Shown here: piece by piece, positions 28,058-37,601 of the stretch
Layout: each line of letters begins with the position of its first letter
How positions within the stretch are numbered: position 1 is the stretch's first letter
Assembly (NCBI GenBank): GCA_023389575.1
Contig: JAEWEG010000014.1
Coordinates: 20,564-84,563 of the forward strand
Length of the DNA: 64,000 bases
Direction: 5' to 3'
DNA from: Chloroflexota bacterium
GTDB lineage: Bacteria; Chloroflexota; Chloroflexia; Thermomicrobiales; UBA6265
Program-made: the position numbers and the translations under genes
The notes under the pieces: generated by a model
Databases searched by the model: none
Told to the model about the DNA's origin: nothing
What the model saw: only the letters and a program-made list of their open reading frames with translations

Positions 28058-28843
28058 TCAGTCTTCCCGGATGGGGAGGCGGTAGCGTTCGGGAACGGTC
28101 GTGCTGTCTTCCTCGACCGTCTCCTCTTCCTCGCCGGGCTCGCGCAGGACGGACAGATCCGGCTCGGGCGGTCCCACGCGGCGCTGAACGGGCGTGCCGT
28201 TCGACTGGGCAGGGGGCGCGAACTCTGTCACGGGGGCCACCGTGTTGTCAAGCACATCGCGACCCAGCGTGGTGGCGGCCGTCGCGGCGGGCAGCGCGCG
28301 GGTCTCCTCGCGGATCCGCTGCTCCTCTTCCTCGCGCAGTCGGCGCTCGATGGAAGCGGGATCGATCCAGCGATCGTCGTCGATGCGAACGTCATCACGC
28401 TCGTGTGTGTGGTGATGCTGCGTGCCACAGTACGGGCAAACATCCCATCGGAGGTCGATCAGGCGACCGCAACTCGAGCAGTCCTCGCGAAGCTGGGTGT
28501 TGCAGTGGGGACAAAGCCGCCAGTCGTCTTCCACAAAGTGGTTGCAACTGGGGCAGAGCGGGAGTTCCTGGAGGTCCTGGAGCAGGTATTCCTCTTCCAG
28601 GGAGCGCTGGTAGGCCTCGTCAAGGGTTTCGCTGGGTCGCAGCAGTCGATACAGCAGCCAGCCGGGCACCCAGAACAGCACCACCAGCAGGGTGGAAAAC
28701 ACCTGCGTGATGACACTCTTGCTCCGCGCCTCGATGTCGCGGTACGTCCAGACGGCGAGCACAAACCAGGTCGCGATCAGGTACGCGCCGCCGAGGGCCA
28801 GCAGGATCTGGATCCCACGCGCGAGAAGCGTTTCGATATCCAA
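28058..28843 (-). CDS. Membrane-anchored double zinc-ribbon protein, function unknown
   Basis: Two N-terminal TM helices, then CPSC..CPHC and CSSC..CPYC, then an acidic C-terminus. Confidence 0.6.
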   Translation of the reverse strand: MDIETLLARGIQILLALGGAYLIATWFVLAVWTYRDIEARSKSVITQVFSTLLVVLFWVPGWLLYRLLRPSETLDEAYQRSLEEEYLLQDLQELPLCPSCNHFVEDDWRLCPHCNTQLREDCSSCGRLIDLRWDVCPYCGTQHHHTHERDDVRIDDDRWIDPASIERRLREEEEQRIREETRALPAATAATTLGRDVLDNTVAPVTEFAPPAQSNGTPVQRRVGPPEPDLSVLREPGEEEETVEEDSTTVPERYRLPIRED

Positions 28844-28869
28844 TCATGATCTCCTTGGAAAACGGGTGT

Positions 28870-29208
28870 TCAGGCGATGCCGAGGCGCTCGTATCGTTCG
28901 ACGTTCACCACGAACATCGTGGCGCCACCGACCATGACCTCGACGGGGTTGGGGATGTAGAACTCACCCGGTTCCACGATTGGCATGAGGGGGTTGACGA
29001 AGCGGGTACGGGAATGGCAATTGTTGCGCACGATCTCCCGTACATCGTCGACACGGTCGGAGGACACCCCGATCAGGAGCGTGACGTTGCGCTCCCGCAG
29101 GAATCCACCGGCACTGTTGATTTGCGTGGCCCGGTACCCCTTGTCGACAAGCGCGGCAAGAAGTGGTTCGGCGTCGTTGCCCTGGACCACCGCGATAACG
29201 AGCTTCAT
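28870..29208 (-). CDS. darA: Cyclic-di-AMP receptor, PII-like (DarA/YaaQ family)
   Basis: MKLVIAVVQGNDAEPLLAALVDKGYRATQINSAGGFLRERNVTLLIGV...VEVMVGGATMFV closely parallels B. subtilis YaaQ as recalled. Sits next to tmk, as in Bacillus. Confidence 0.8.
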   Translation of the reverse strand: MKLVIAVVQGNDAEPLLAALVDKGYRATQINSAGGFLRERNVTLLIGVSSDRVDDVREIVRNNCHSRTRFVNPLMPIVEPGEFYIPNPVEVMVGGATMFVVNVERYERLGIA

Positions 29209-29265
29209 TCCCTGTTATCCATTCGTCCGGATCGGTATTCCGGAGCAGACCGGAACGCCCGCCGG

Positions 29266-29904
29266 TTACGACATGCCATTTACGGTGAGTGCCTCCTGGA
29301 GTTTCGTCCAGATCGACCGTTCCACCGATTCAACTGGCTCCATTGCATCGACAACCACCCAACGATTGGGCTGCTGACCGGCGAGGCGCTGGTACATCGA
29401 CCGCACGCGCTTGTGAAACGCGAGGCTGTCGAGGTCGATACGATTGACCGAATCCGGATCGGCGTGGCGCCGGGCCAGGCCCGCCTCGACCGGCAGGTCG
29501 AGCAGAACGCGGACGTCAGGTTCAAGGCCGCCGGTCGCGTACGCCTGGATTTCCCTGATCGGGTCGAGGTCGAGTTCACGACCACCTCCCTGATAGGCGT
29601 ACGTGGAGTCCACGTATCGATCACAGAGAACCCATGCGCCGCGCGCCAAAGCCGGCTCGATGACTTCACGCACATGCTGCGCGCGGCCAGCGGCCAGCAG
29701 AAGCACTTCGGTCTCCGGGAGAATAGCATAGTCGCCCAGGCCGAGGAGGATCGTCCTGATCTCGTCGCCCACCCGGGTGCCACCCGGTTCGCGGGTGACG
29801 ACGACCTCCCGGCCTTCCTCCCGGAGGCGACGGTCCAGCCTCTGAATCTGGACCGTCTTGCCTCCTCCTTCGGGACCTTCGAACGCGATGAATGTTCCCC
29901 TCAC
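29266..29904 (-). CDS. tmk: dTMP kinase
   Basis: FIAFEGPEGGGKT...TREPGGT...DRY.DST.AYQG motifs. Confidence 0.9.
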   Translation of the reverse strand: MRGTFIAFEGPEGGGKTVQIQRLDRRLREEGREVVVTREPGGTRVGDEIRTILLGLGDYAILPETEVLLLAAGRAQHVREVIEPALARGAWVLCDRYVDSTYAYQGGGRELDLDPIREIQAYATGGLEPDVRVLLDLPVEAGLARRHADPDSVNRIDLDSLAFHKRVRSMYQRLAGQQPNRWVVVDAMEPVESVERSIWTKLQEALTVNGMS

Positions 29905-31764
29905 CTACTGCATGCCCCGCCGGTAAATCTCCACGTGCCGGAACGGATCACGCCCGCGGCTTCGGGAATCGAGGCTGTAGCGCTCGGCCAGTTCGTGCTG
30001 CATGCGCCGGATTGGCGGCGATTGCGGGCTGAGCGAGGTGGCTGGCGCCCCCTGCATGATGGCCGTGATCGCGTTCTCGGCCTCAGTCAGGGCGCGGAGC
30101 ACGGAATCGTTGCGCCGTTCGGACTTCGGCGTCGCGGCTCCCGCCGCACCAGACTCGGTGGAGTTTGGCTGCTGGGCGTTCGGGAAGAGCGAGACCAGCA
30201 CATGCTCCATCTGGGTGGCGGTGTTCGACCGCAGGACGTAGACCGGAATCCCCCGGAGTTCGGCGTCGCGAACTGGCTGCGGCTTCTGCCGGTAGGCGTT
30301 CTTCAGGGTCATGACGAGGTCGGCGTCCGATGGATCGCGAACCATCATCACGGGCACGTCGAGCTTCATGATGGCCTGTTCCAGGCGATTGCGGCTCACC
30401 CCATAGGGGAAGACCCGCAATGGCTTGGCGCGAGTGCCTCGTCCCTTGGCGAAGGCCGCCACGGTTGGCGCGTGCGCCTCGGAGCGCGGCTCCTCCTGTG
30501 GCTCTGGTTCGGTTGGCATTTCTGTCCGCGCCAGCCGAGGCTGGCGAGAGGCGATGTCAACCGGCTCGTTCCAGAGACCGCTGCTCAGGCCACCCGATGT
30601 ATCTGGCGCGGGAAACCCGGCCCGGGGCGAGCCATGTTCCCCCTGCGGCGCGCGCGGATCGCGTCGCTGTTCGGCGCTGGATGTGCGCTCCACGGTGCCG
30701 TCCTCGCGGCGACGTCGGCTCTCGGAACCGATCGGCGCGCCTCGGAGGATCGCGTCGACGGTGGACGCGACGTCGAGATGGACGATGACCTCGTCCCGGT
30801 CCACGATTTCGACCATGACGTTGAAGGTCGGGGGGGCCTTCCGTTCGAGGATGGACTTCTGGGTGCCCCGGCGGCGAGCTTCCTCGTCCGACAGCGTGAC
30901 CGACTGGATGCCTCCCATCAGGTCGGAGAGCGTCGGATTCAGCATGAGGTTTTCGAGAGTGTTGCCGTGGGCGGTGCCGATAAGCTGGACGCCGCGCTCG
31001 GCGATGGTCCGAGCCGCCATCGCTTCCAGTTCGGTGCCGATCTCGTCGATCACCACGACCTGCGGCATGTGGTTCTCCACCGCCTCGATCATGACGGCGT
31101 GCTGGGCCGTTGGCGTCGGTACCTGCATGCGGCGGGCACGGCCAATGGCGGGATGCGGAATATCCCCATCGCCTGCGATTTCGTTGCTGGTGTCGACCAC
31201 CACCACGCGCTTGCGCAGTTCGTCGGCCAGCACGCGGGCGGTTTCCCGCAACAGGGTCGTCTTGCCGACACCTGGCCGGCCAAGCAGCAGCACGCTCTGA
31301 CCGGACTCAATCAGGTCGCTGATGATGGCGATGGTGCCATAGACGGCGCGGCCAATCCGGCAGGTGAGTCCAACAATCTCCCCGCTCCGGTTGCGGATGG
31401 CGGAGATGCGGTGAAGCGTTCGCTCGATACCAGCGCGATTGTCGTCGCCAAAGGTGCCGATGCGACTGCTGACGAAAGCGAGATCATCGCGGGTGACATC
31501 GACATCGGAGAGCACGACTTCCTCGAACTGGAAGCGCGCCTCGGGCGGGCGGCCCAGGTCGAGCACGATCTCGATGAGCGCGCCGTGCTGGTTGTCTTCC
31601 TGGAGATCGATGATCCGGTCTGAAACGTCGGGTGGGAGGACCGTCAACAGGTCCTTGAGGTCATCGGTAATTTCCTGCTCCGGAGCATTAATCAAATCGT
31701 TGTCCTGATGGTGTGATAGAGCGCTCAACCGAACCCCCCGGCTGGAACCAAGCCGGACCGTCAT
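29905..31764 (-). CDS. AAA ATPase with C-terminal R3H domain (Ycf45/SpoIIIAA-like)
   Basis: [15 protein letters not shown] Walker [10 protein letters not shown] Walker B, GTAHG. The C-terminal [12 protein letters not shown]...FRHVEIY is R3H-like. Abuts the tmk start with no gap. Confidence 0.7.
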   Translation of the reverse strand: MTVRLGSSRGVRLSALSHHQDNDLINAPEQEITDDLKDLLTVLPPDVSDRIIDLQEDNQHGALIEIVLDLGRPPEARFQFEEVVLSDVDVTRDDLAFVSSRIGTFGDDNRAGIERTLHRISAIRNRSGEIVGLTCRIGRAVYGTIAIISDLIESGQSVLLLGRPGVGKTTLLRETARVLADELRKRVVVVDTSNEIAGDGDIPHPAIGRARRMQVPTPTAQHAVMIEAVENHMPQVVVIDEIGTELEAMAARTIAERGVQLIGTAHGNTLENLMLNPTLSDLMGGIQSVTLSDEEARRRGTQKSILERKAPPTFNVMVEIVDRDEVIVHLDVASTVDAILRGAPIGSESRRRREDGTVERTSSAEQRRDPRAPQGEHGSPRAGFPAPDTSGGLSSGLWNEPVDIASRQPRLARTEMPTEPEPQEEPRSEAHAPTVAAFAKGRGTRAKPLRVFPYGVSRNRLEQAIMKLDVPVMMVRDPSDADLVMTLKNAYRQKPQPVRDAELRGIPVYVLRSNTATQMEHVLVSLFPNAQQPNSTESGAAGAATPKSERRNDSVLRALTEAENAITAIMQGAPATSLSPQSPPIRRMQHELAERYSLDSRSRGRDPFRHVEIYRRGMQ

Positions 31765-31832
31765 CCATGGGATGAATCAGCCCGCCCAAAGCTCCATTGT
31801 GCTTTGCATCGCACCGACAGATGATCGTCACA

Positions 31833-32813
31833 TCATGAAGATTCAGATGCTGGATCACCAGACGATCCCTTCAGGAACGTCGGGACACGCTTGCCCTTCG
31901 GTTCCTTGACCTCCTGCGGGAAGTTGACGACGGTCGCGCCCGGGACGCGCGCAAATGCGGTGGTGTATTTGACGTACAGGTCTTGTTCCAACTGCCTGAG
32001 GAACCCACGCTCGAGCAGCGCTTCGACGAATTCGTGCTGGTAGCCACGCACCAGCACATAGGCCTGGCGGGGAGACATGCTGGCGAGATCCGCCAGGGCG
32101 CCGGTCACGAGTTGCGGGAACAGGTCACGGCGATCGGGATTGACGATGAATTCAAGGATGTGGGAATCGGGCCGCGATTCGGCCCGCATGTATGCGGCAA
32201 TCTGGTAGCCGTCCTCCACGATCCAACCAGACACGAGCGACTGCGACATCAGCTTGGGCTGAATGTCCCAGGCGTGGCTGGTGAGCGCTTCGGCGGCCTG
32301 GACCGGCTGCGGCACGACGGACATGTACAACTGATGGATGGCCCAGACGTCGGACGCCTGCTGGCGCCGGACGCGTGTGCCCCCCTGGCTAATGGACAGC
32401 ATTGGAGCGGAAAGCACCAGTTCGCGCGCGTAATTGGCGAAACCGCTGCGCCGCAGGACGCTGTTGAGTTCGGCATCGGTCGGCACGCGGGCGTAAAGGC
32501 GCTTGGTTCCTTCGAGACCGGCCGCGACCACCCCAAACCGCACCAGTTCATCCCAGACCGGCTCCATCTCGTACACGCCGAGGTTCGCGCCGATGCCTTC
32601 CAGCGTCCAGCGCCTGTCCGGCTGCTGCTTCTGGAAGACGGCGTAGCCAACCGGCCGGCCTTCGGCGCGGGCGACGAATACGCGATCGCTGCTGGGTACG
32701 AGGGGCGTGAGTTGCCGCAAACCGGCCTGGACCGGGTGTCCGCTGGAAAGGCGATGAACGGGTACGTTCAGGAAGTAGCGCTGACGAACCGAGCGGAACG
32801 CCATGACGTCCAT
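31833..32813 (-). CDS. Hypothetical protein, possible tandem GNAT-like fold
   Basis: Weak GNAT-like strands (GRPVGYAVFQ..., ILEFIVNPDRRDLFPQL). No confident motif. The start is uncertain (ATG 32813 or 32804). Confidence 0.4.
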   Translation of the reverse strand: MDVMAFRSVRQRYFLNVPVHRLSSGHPVQAGLRQLTPLVPSSDRVFVARAEGRPVGYAVFQKQQPDRRWTLEGIGANLGVYEMEPVWDELVRFGVVAAGLEGTKRLYARVPTDAELNSVLRRSGFANYARELVLSAPMLSISQGGTRVRRQQASDVWAIHQLYMSVVPQPVQAAEALTSHAWDIQPKLMSQSLVSGWIVEDGYQIAAYMRAESRPDSHILEFIVNPDRRDLFPQLVTGALADLASMSPRQAYVLVRGYQHEFVEALLERGFLRQLEQDLYVKYTTAFARVPGATVVNFPQEVKEPKGKRVPTFLKGSSGDPASESS

Positions 32814-33050
32814 CCACCGGACGCGACTCACATCGAGGCTGATCTGGGGCTCATTTGATGAGTCGTGCGGGGCCCCTTGCCGCAACGGCACGCTTGCCTG
32901 ACTGGTCTGGCGAGAGGATCCGATCCTCAAACTGCCACGTCCTATCTTGCGGGGGGTCTGCGCCAAACGCACGATATCGTGCGCTTACACCGTCATTGTA
33001 TCCGTTGCCTCGGGTGACCTCAAGCGGTCAACCCCACCCGGAATGGGAGG

Positions 33051-33662
33051 TTATAGGACCCTGCGCCCAAGAAGCGCGCGCCCGAGTGTCATGTCGTCGG
33101 CGTACTCCAGGTCGCTCCCCACCGGGAGGCCGCTGGCCGGCCGCGACACGGTGATGCCGAGCGGGGTCAGCAGCCGGTGAAGATAGGTGGCCGTGGCCTC
33201 ACCGGGTAGGTCGAGGTTCGTGAAGACGATGACCTCGGTGGGTTGCTCGCGCTCGACACGCGCCTGAAGCTCGCGAATTTTGAGGGAATCGGGGCCAATG
33301 CCATCCACCGGCGAAATGGCACCGTGAAGCACGTGATATCGGCCACGGAACTCGGCGGTGCGCTCGATGGCCAGCACGTCGAGCGGCTGCTCCACCACGC
33401 AGATGCGGTTTTCACGGCGTTCGTCGGCGCAGATCGCGCAGGGGTCGACCTCGGTCGTGTTGAAGCAGTTCGAACAGAGGCGAATGCGCTCCTTGACGGC
33501 GAGGATGGCCTCGGCCAGGCCGATAGCGTCGTCGCGCGTGGTGCGCAGGAGATGGTAGGCGAGCCGGGAGGCCGTCTTTGGACCCACGCCAGGCAGTTTG
33601 GCGAGTTCGTCGATGAGGCGGGCCACGGGTTCGGCGGTGGCGGATGTGCGGCGAAGGGACAC
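33051..33662 (-). CDS. recR: Recombination protein RecR
   Basis: LPGVGPKTA (HhH), the CSNC...CAIC zinc finger and a Toprim region (VVEQPLDV...). Trimmed to GTG 33662 (203 aa). Confidence 0.9.
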   Translation of the reverse strand: MSLRRTSATAEPVARLIDELAKLPGVGPKTASRLAYHLLRTTRDDAIGLAEAILAVKERIRLCSNCFNTTEVDPCAICADERRENRICVVEQPLDVLAIERTAEFRGRYHVLHGAISPVDGIGPDSLKIRELQARVEREQPTEVIVFTNLDLPGEATATYLHRLLTPLGITVSRPASGLPVGSDLEYADDMTLGRALLGRRVL

Positions 33663-33828
33663 GTGGAAACACTCCAGTCGGGGATGAAACGCCGGGATAA
33701 GGAGGGGATCAGGATTGTTCCATCCCGGATATGCGATCATAGCATTCCACTGTAAACGTTTAGCAAAACCTCTCCACATGCCCAATGGTCATAGGGGTAA
33801 CCCAAAAGTACCACTGAAAGGGCTAGAG

Positions 33829-33861
33829 CCTATTGCAATAGGACATTTGGGGTGATAATGT
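33829..33861 (+). promoter_or_regulatory. Sigma-70-type promoter overlapped by a perfect 14-bp palindrome
   Basis: TTGCAA (33833-33838), a 17-nt spacer, then TGATAATGT (extended -10, TAATGT 33856-33861). The palindrome CCTATTGCAATAGG at 33829-33842 covers the -35. Confidence 0.45.
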
Positions 33862-33982
33862 GACAGTTACCAAGTTGGTACAGGGCGTGCGGACGCAACT
33901 CTGATGGAAGGGGTTCGCCGTACGGTATTCACGCCGGGTGGGGTGCCCGGTGCTGTGCCATACCATTTGGAGGGGACAGTTC

Positions 33983-34318
33983 GTGGAATATCATGACAAG
34001 ACGTTGACGTGCCGCGATTGCAGCAAGCCGTTCGTTTGGACAGCTGGCGAGCAGCATTTTTTCCGGGAGAAGGAGTTGATCAATATCCCGGCGCGGTGTT
34101 CGAACTGCCGTTCGGCGCGGAAGGCGAAGCTTGGGCTTCCGGACCGGGCGCAGACGGAAGTAACCTGCGCGGAATGTGGGCAGCGGACAACCGTTCCGTT
34201 CGTTCCGCGAAACGGCAATCCCGTCTATTGCTCGACCTGCCTCAGCACGGTTCGCCGGGCGACCTCGGCTCAACCCGAGGCACAGGTGGGCGACATGGTC
34301 GAGGCGCTGCGGACCTAG
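33983..34318 (+). CDS. Small zinc-ribbon protein (zf-trcl / CxxC-x17-CxxC type)
   Basis: TCRDCSKPFVWTAGEQHFFREKELINIPARCSNCR followed by TCAECGQRTTVPFVPRNGNPVYCSTC. GTG 33983 has a GGAGGGG RBS. Confidence 0.65.
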   Translation: MEYHDKTLTCRDCSKPFVWTAGEQHFFREKELINIPARCSNCRSARKAKLGLPDRAQTEVTCAECGQRTTVPFVPRNGNPVYCSTCLSTVRRATSAQPEAQVGDMVEALRT

Positions 34319-34344
34319 GACCGGCTCGCGTACAACTGAATCCA

Positions 34345-34384
34345 ACGACAATGGCCGGGAGCGTACGCTTCCGGCCATTGTCGT
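34345..34384. terminator. Long hairpin between the convergent Zn-ribbon gene and ftsK
   Basis: ACGACAATGGCCGG...CCGGCCATTGTCGT, a 14-bp outer stem with an inner GCGTACGC palindrome. Confidence 0.65.
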
Positions 34385-34416
34385 GTTCTCCAGTGAGGGC
34401 CCGAGACTTTGCGAGG

Positions 34417-36633
34417 CTAATCGTCGCCAATGAGGACGGTGCGGCCGCGAATGCCATCGGACGGCCCGATCACGCCATCGTCCTCCATCTGCTCGATGAG
34501 GCGGGCGGCGCGGTTGTAGCCGATGCGCAGGCGGCGCTGGAGCATAGAGGCGGAGGCGGAACCCTGCGAGCGCACGACTTCAAGCGCCTGGGCCATCAGC
34601 GGATCGTCGCCGGCGTCCTCCATCTCACCGCTCTCGGGGTTGGTGCTTTCAAGCTCCATCCACTCCGGGTCGTATTGCGGAATCGGCGAGACGGCGTGCC
34701 AATGGTCGACGATGGCCTTCACGTCCTCGTCGATGAACGCGCCCTGGACGCGCACCGGCTTGGCGGCGTCCGGCGGCAGGTACAGCATGTCGCCCTTACC
34801 CAGGAGGCGTTCGGCGCCTGGCATGTCCAGGACCACGCGGCTATCGATCATGGAGGACACCGCGAAGGCGATCCGGGCCGGCACGTTGGCCTTGATGAGA
34901 CCGGTGAGGACGTTGACCGACGGCCGTTGGGTCGCGATGATCAGGTGGATGCCCGTGGCGCGCGCCATCTGGGTCAGGCGAGCGAGCAACGTCTCCACGT
35001 CATCGGGCGTGGTCATCATTAGATCGGCGAGCTCGTCGATGATGACGACCATGTAGGGCATCTTCTCGTATTCGGGCTCGTCGGCGGTGCGGAGACGGTA
35101 GCCGTCGATGTTTCGCACGCCGAGCTTCTTGAACAGCTCGTAGCGGCGGTTCATCTCCTTCAGCACCATCCGGAGCGCCCCGACCACCTTGTCCATCTCG
35201 GTCACTACCGGGCACTGGAGGTGTGGAACGGCGTTGAACATGGTGAGCTCGACCATCTTCGGGTCGATCATGAGCAGGCGAAGCTCGTCCGGCCGGAACT
35301 TGATCAGGAAGGTGCTGATGATACCGTTGAGACAAACGCTCTTTCCGGCGCCGGTCGCGCCCGCGATAAGCAGGTGAGGCATCTTCGCCAGGTCGCCGAC
35401 CACGTAACGGCCGTTCACATCTCGGCCAAGCGGCAGCGGAAGTTTCGTCTTCGACTTGGAGAAGGCGGGCGACTCGATCACCTCGCGGAGACCGACCGTG
35501 GCAATCTCCGGGTTCGGGATCTCAAGGCCAACGCGGGCCATTCCCGGGATCGGGGCCTCGACGCGAATGCTCTGGGCAGCCAGCGCCAACGCAAGGTCGT
35601 TCTGGAGCTCGGTGATGCGGCGAACCTTTACGCCGTTGCCGGGCTCCAGCGCGAACTGGGTCACCGATGGGCCTGGATTGATCTCTCGAACCGTGGCCTC
35701 GACCTTGAAGCTGGAAAGTGTTTCCTCGATGGCACGCGCCTTGGCTTCCAGGTCAGCCGTGTTTGGGGTAATGGTCTCGTAGTAGGCGAGATGGCGGATA
35801 TCGGGCAGAGGCAGTGGCTTGCCATCGTCGCCGGTAATCGGCGCGACGGGCTTGGCCGGTGTCTCCTTTTCCTTGGACTCGGCCTTGGCGGCCCGCTTCG
35901 GGATGTTGATGACGCGTTCAACCGGCTCGGCGACGGGCTTCGGCTCGGCCAGCTTCCTGGCGACCTTGGGCGGCGACACCTTGATCGGAGCCGCCACGAC
36001 GGGCTCTGGCTTCGGCGCGCGCTTCGGCAGCAGGCGACGGACATCGCGCTCCAGTGACATGAGGTCGGTATCGGCGAGCAGGAAGACGGAGACCGCCCCC
36101 ACCGCGAACAGGACGAGACCCGAGGCGACATTGCCAAGGGCGCCCCGCGCGATATCGCCAAACATCATGCCGACAGAACCGCCAACGTCGGAGCCGCCGA
36201 ACGAAAGCAACCCAAGCGTGGCGATGGCGAAGAGCAGTCCTCCCGAGTAGTGGCGGAAGAGCAGGATTGGTCCATCGTCGCCGGAGAACGCCCGGATGGC
36301 GGTCAGCCCGGCGAACAACGGCACCAGCATCGCGCCGGACCCAAGGGTGTCGCGCAGCACGTTGGCCCACCACGAAATGACCTCGCCGTCCTGCGACCCT
36401 CGACCGAGCGCCCAGGAACTGAGCAGGCCAACGAGCACGAGGAGGATGCCGGCGATTTCCCGCTTCAGGCGGTCGGAGATGGTGATGGAGGGGACCATGC
36501 CGCCGAAGAAACTGCGCAGCCGGACCGACCAGAGCGTCACGACGGACTGCTTCTGCTTCTTTCGCGACTTGCCCTTCGACGAGGTCGACCGGGATCGCGA
36601 TGTGCCAGATTGGACCCGAGTTTGCGTGGCCAT
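34417..36633 (-). CDS. ftsK: DNA translocase FtsK/SpoIIIE
   Basis: N-terminal TM segments, a Pro/Lys-rich linker, the ATPase core (GATGAGKSV) and a gamma winged helix (SASMLQRRLRIGYNRAARLIEQME). Confidence 0.9.
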   Translation of the reverse strand: MATQTRVQSGTSRSRSTSSKGKSRKKQKQSVVTLWSVRLRSFFGGMVPSITISDRLKREIAGILLVLVGLLSSWALGRGSQDGEVISWWANVLRDTLGSGAMLVPLFAGLTAIRAFSGDDGPILLFRHYSGGLLFAIATLGLLSFGGSDVGGSVGMMFGDIARGALGNVASGLVLFAVGAVSVFLLADTDLMSLERDVRRLLPKRAPKPEPVVAAPIKVSPPKVARKLAEPKPVAEPVERVINIPKRAAKAESKEKETPAKPVAPITGDDGKPLPLPDIRHLAYYETITPNTADLEAKARAIEETLSSFKVEATVREINPGPSVTQFALEPGNGVKVRRITELQNDLALALAAQSIRVEAPIPGMARVGLEIPNPEIATVGLREVIESPAFSKSKTKLPLPLGRDVNGRYVVGDLAKMPHLLIAGATGAGKSVCLNGIISTFLIKFRPDELRLLMIDPKMVELTMFNAVPHLQCPVVTEMDKVVGALRMVLKEMNRRYELFKKLGVRNIDGYRLRTADEPEYEKMPYMVVIIDELADLMMTTPDDVETLLARLTQMARATGIHLIIATQRPSVNVLTGLIKANVPARIAFAVSSMIDSRVVLDMPGAERLLGKGDMLYLPPDAAKPVRVQGAFIDEDVKAIVDHWHAVSPIPQYDPEWMELESTNPESGEMEDAGDDPLMAQALEVVRSQGSASASMLQRRLRIGYNRAARLIEQMEDDGVIGPSDGIRGRTVLIGDD

Positions 36634-36720
36634 CCACCGCTCCGCTTTAAACGCACACGAGCCTCATTGCCCGCGAGTTGTGATGCATGTGTCAAAGGAG
36701 CCCATCAAGAGCGTACGTAC

Positions 36721-36726
36721 ATTATA
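36721..36726 (-). promoter_or_regulatory. Candidate -10 (TATAAT) for ftsK
   Basis: The minus strand reads GCTTGTGTATAATGTACG about 90 nt upstream of the ftsK ATG. The -35 is weak. Confidence 0.35.
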
Positions 36727-36746
36727 CACAAGCCGCCGGAAACAGG

Positions 36747-36779
36747 CCGCCCCTCGTGCCGGTTGGTCACGAGGGGCGG
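36747..36779 (-). terminator. Hairpin terminator after the UDG gene
   Basis: 12-bp stem CCGCCCCTCGTG / CACGAGGGGCGG with a 9-nt loop. Followed on the minus strand by CCTGTTTCC. Confidence 0.65.
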
Positions 36780-36812
36780 TGTCGCCGGGAATGCGCACTG
36801 GTGGGCCGGTTT

Positions 36813-37454
36813 CTAGAAGAGGGAGGACTGGCTTGGGGCGTTCTCGCGCTCCTTGGAGGCTTCACGGGCACGGTCGCGGTCGGCTAGCAGGCGAGGCAGC
36901 TTGTCGAAATCTTCCTGGATGGTGGCGCGCAAAGCACCCTGGTGCAGGGCGGCGGCCGGGTGATACATGGGAACGTAGAGCCGGTGGTCGATTTCCTTCG
37001 GCTGCCCGTGAATCTTGGAAATCCGCTCGCCGGGGAAGAACTGCGACATCGAGAACCGCCCTAGCGTGACGATCACGTCCGGGTCGATCAGCGCGATCTG
37101 GCGCTTCAGGTACGGCTGGCAGGCGGCGATTTCATCCGGTAGCGGGTCGCGATTGCCGGGTGGGCGGCACTTCACGACGTTGGTGATGAACACTTCCTCG
37201 CGGGAGAGCCCGGCGTTGGTGAGCAGTTCGGAGAGGAACTTGCCCGACGCGCCGACGAACGGCTTGCCCTGCTGGTCCTCGTGATAGCCTGGCCCCTCCC
37301 CGATCAGCATCACGCGTGCCTTTGGATTGCCCTCGCCGGGAACGGCGTTGGTCCTGGACCGGGACAGCTCACACAGGGGACAGCCCACGACCTCGCTGGC
37401 GACCTGCTCCAGCGAATCGTTTTCCTTGAAATCGTTTGGGGGTGATGCCGGCAT
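36813..37454 (-). CDS. Uracil-DNA glycosylase, family 4
   Basis: CPLC...VPGEGNP.ARVMLIGEGPG..ED..G.PFVG.SG...HPAA motifs. Confidence 0.85.
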   Translation of the reverse strand: MPASPPNDFKENDSLEQVASEVVGCPLCELSRSRTNAVPGEGNPKARVMLIGEGPGYHEDQQGKPFVGASGKFLSELLTNAGLSREEVFITNVVKCRPPGNRDPLPDEIAACQPYLKRQIALIDPDVIVTLGRFSMSQFFPGERISKIHGQPKEIDHRLYVPMYHPAAALHQGALRATIQEDFDKLPRLLADRDRAREASKERENAPSQSSLF

Positions 37455-37532
37455 GACCTGATACTCCTCGTCGGCTCTGTTTTCGCCACACGAGTATAGC
37501 GATCCGCGAAAGGCACCGTCGCATGGAAACGG

Positions 37533-37569
37533 CCAGGGCCGCTGGAGTGCCAGACTCCAGCGGCCCTGG
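37533..37569 (-). terminator. Hairpin terminator after the PIG-L deacetylase gene
   Basis: Perfect 15-bp stem CCAGGGCCGCTGGAG / CTCCAGCGGCCCTGG with a 7-nt loop. Confidence 0.7.
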
Positions 37570-37601
37570 TCAATCGTGTGCCCGCGTGGCGATTCGCGCG
37601 G

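Noticed and set aside
28846-31623. 925-aa plus-strand ORF, the longest in the track
   Set aside because: It is antisense to well-supported darA, tmk and the Ycf45-like ATPase. Its composition is Arg/Gly/Asp/His-rich and low in complexity, with no motifs. It is a typical stop-codon-poor antisense frame of a GC-rich genome.
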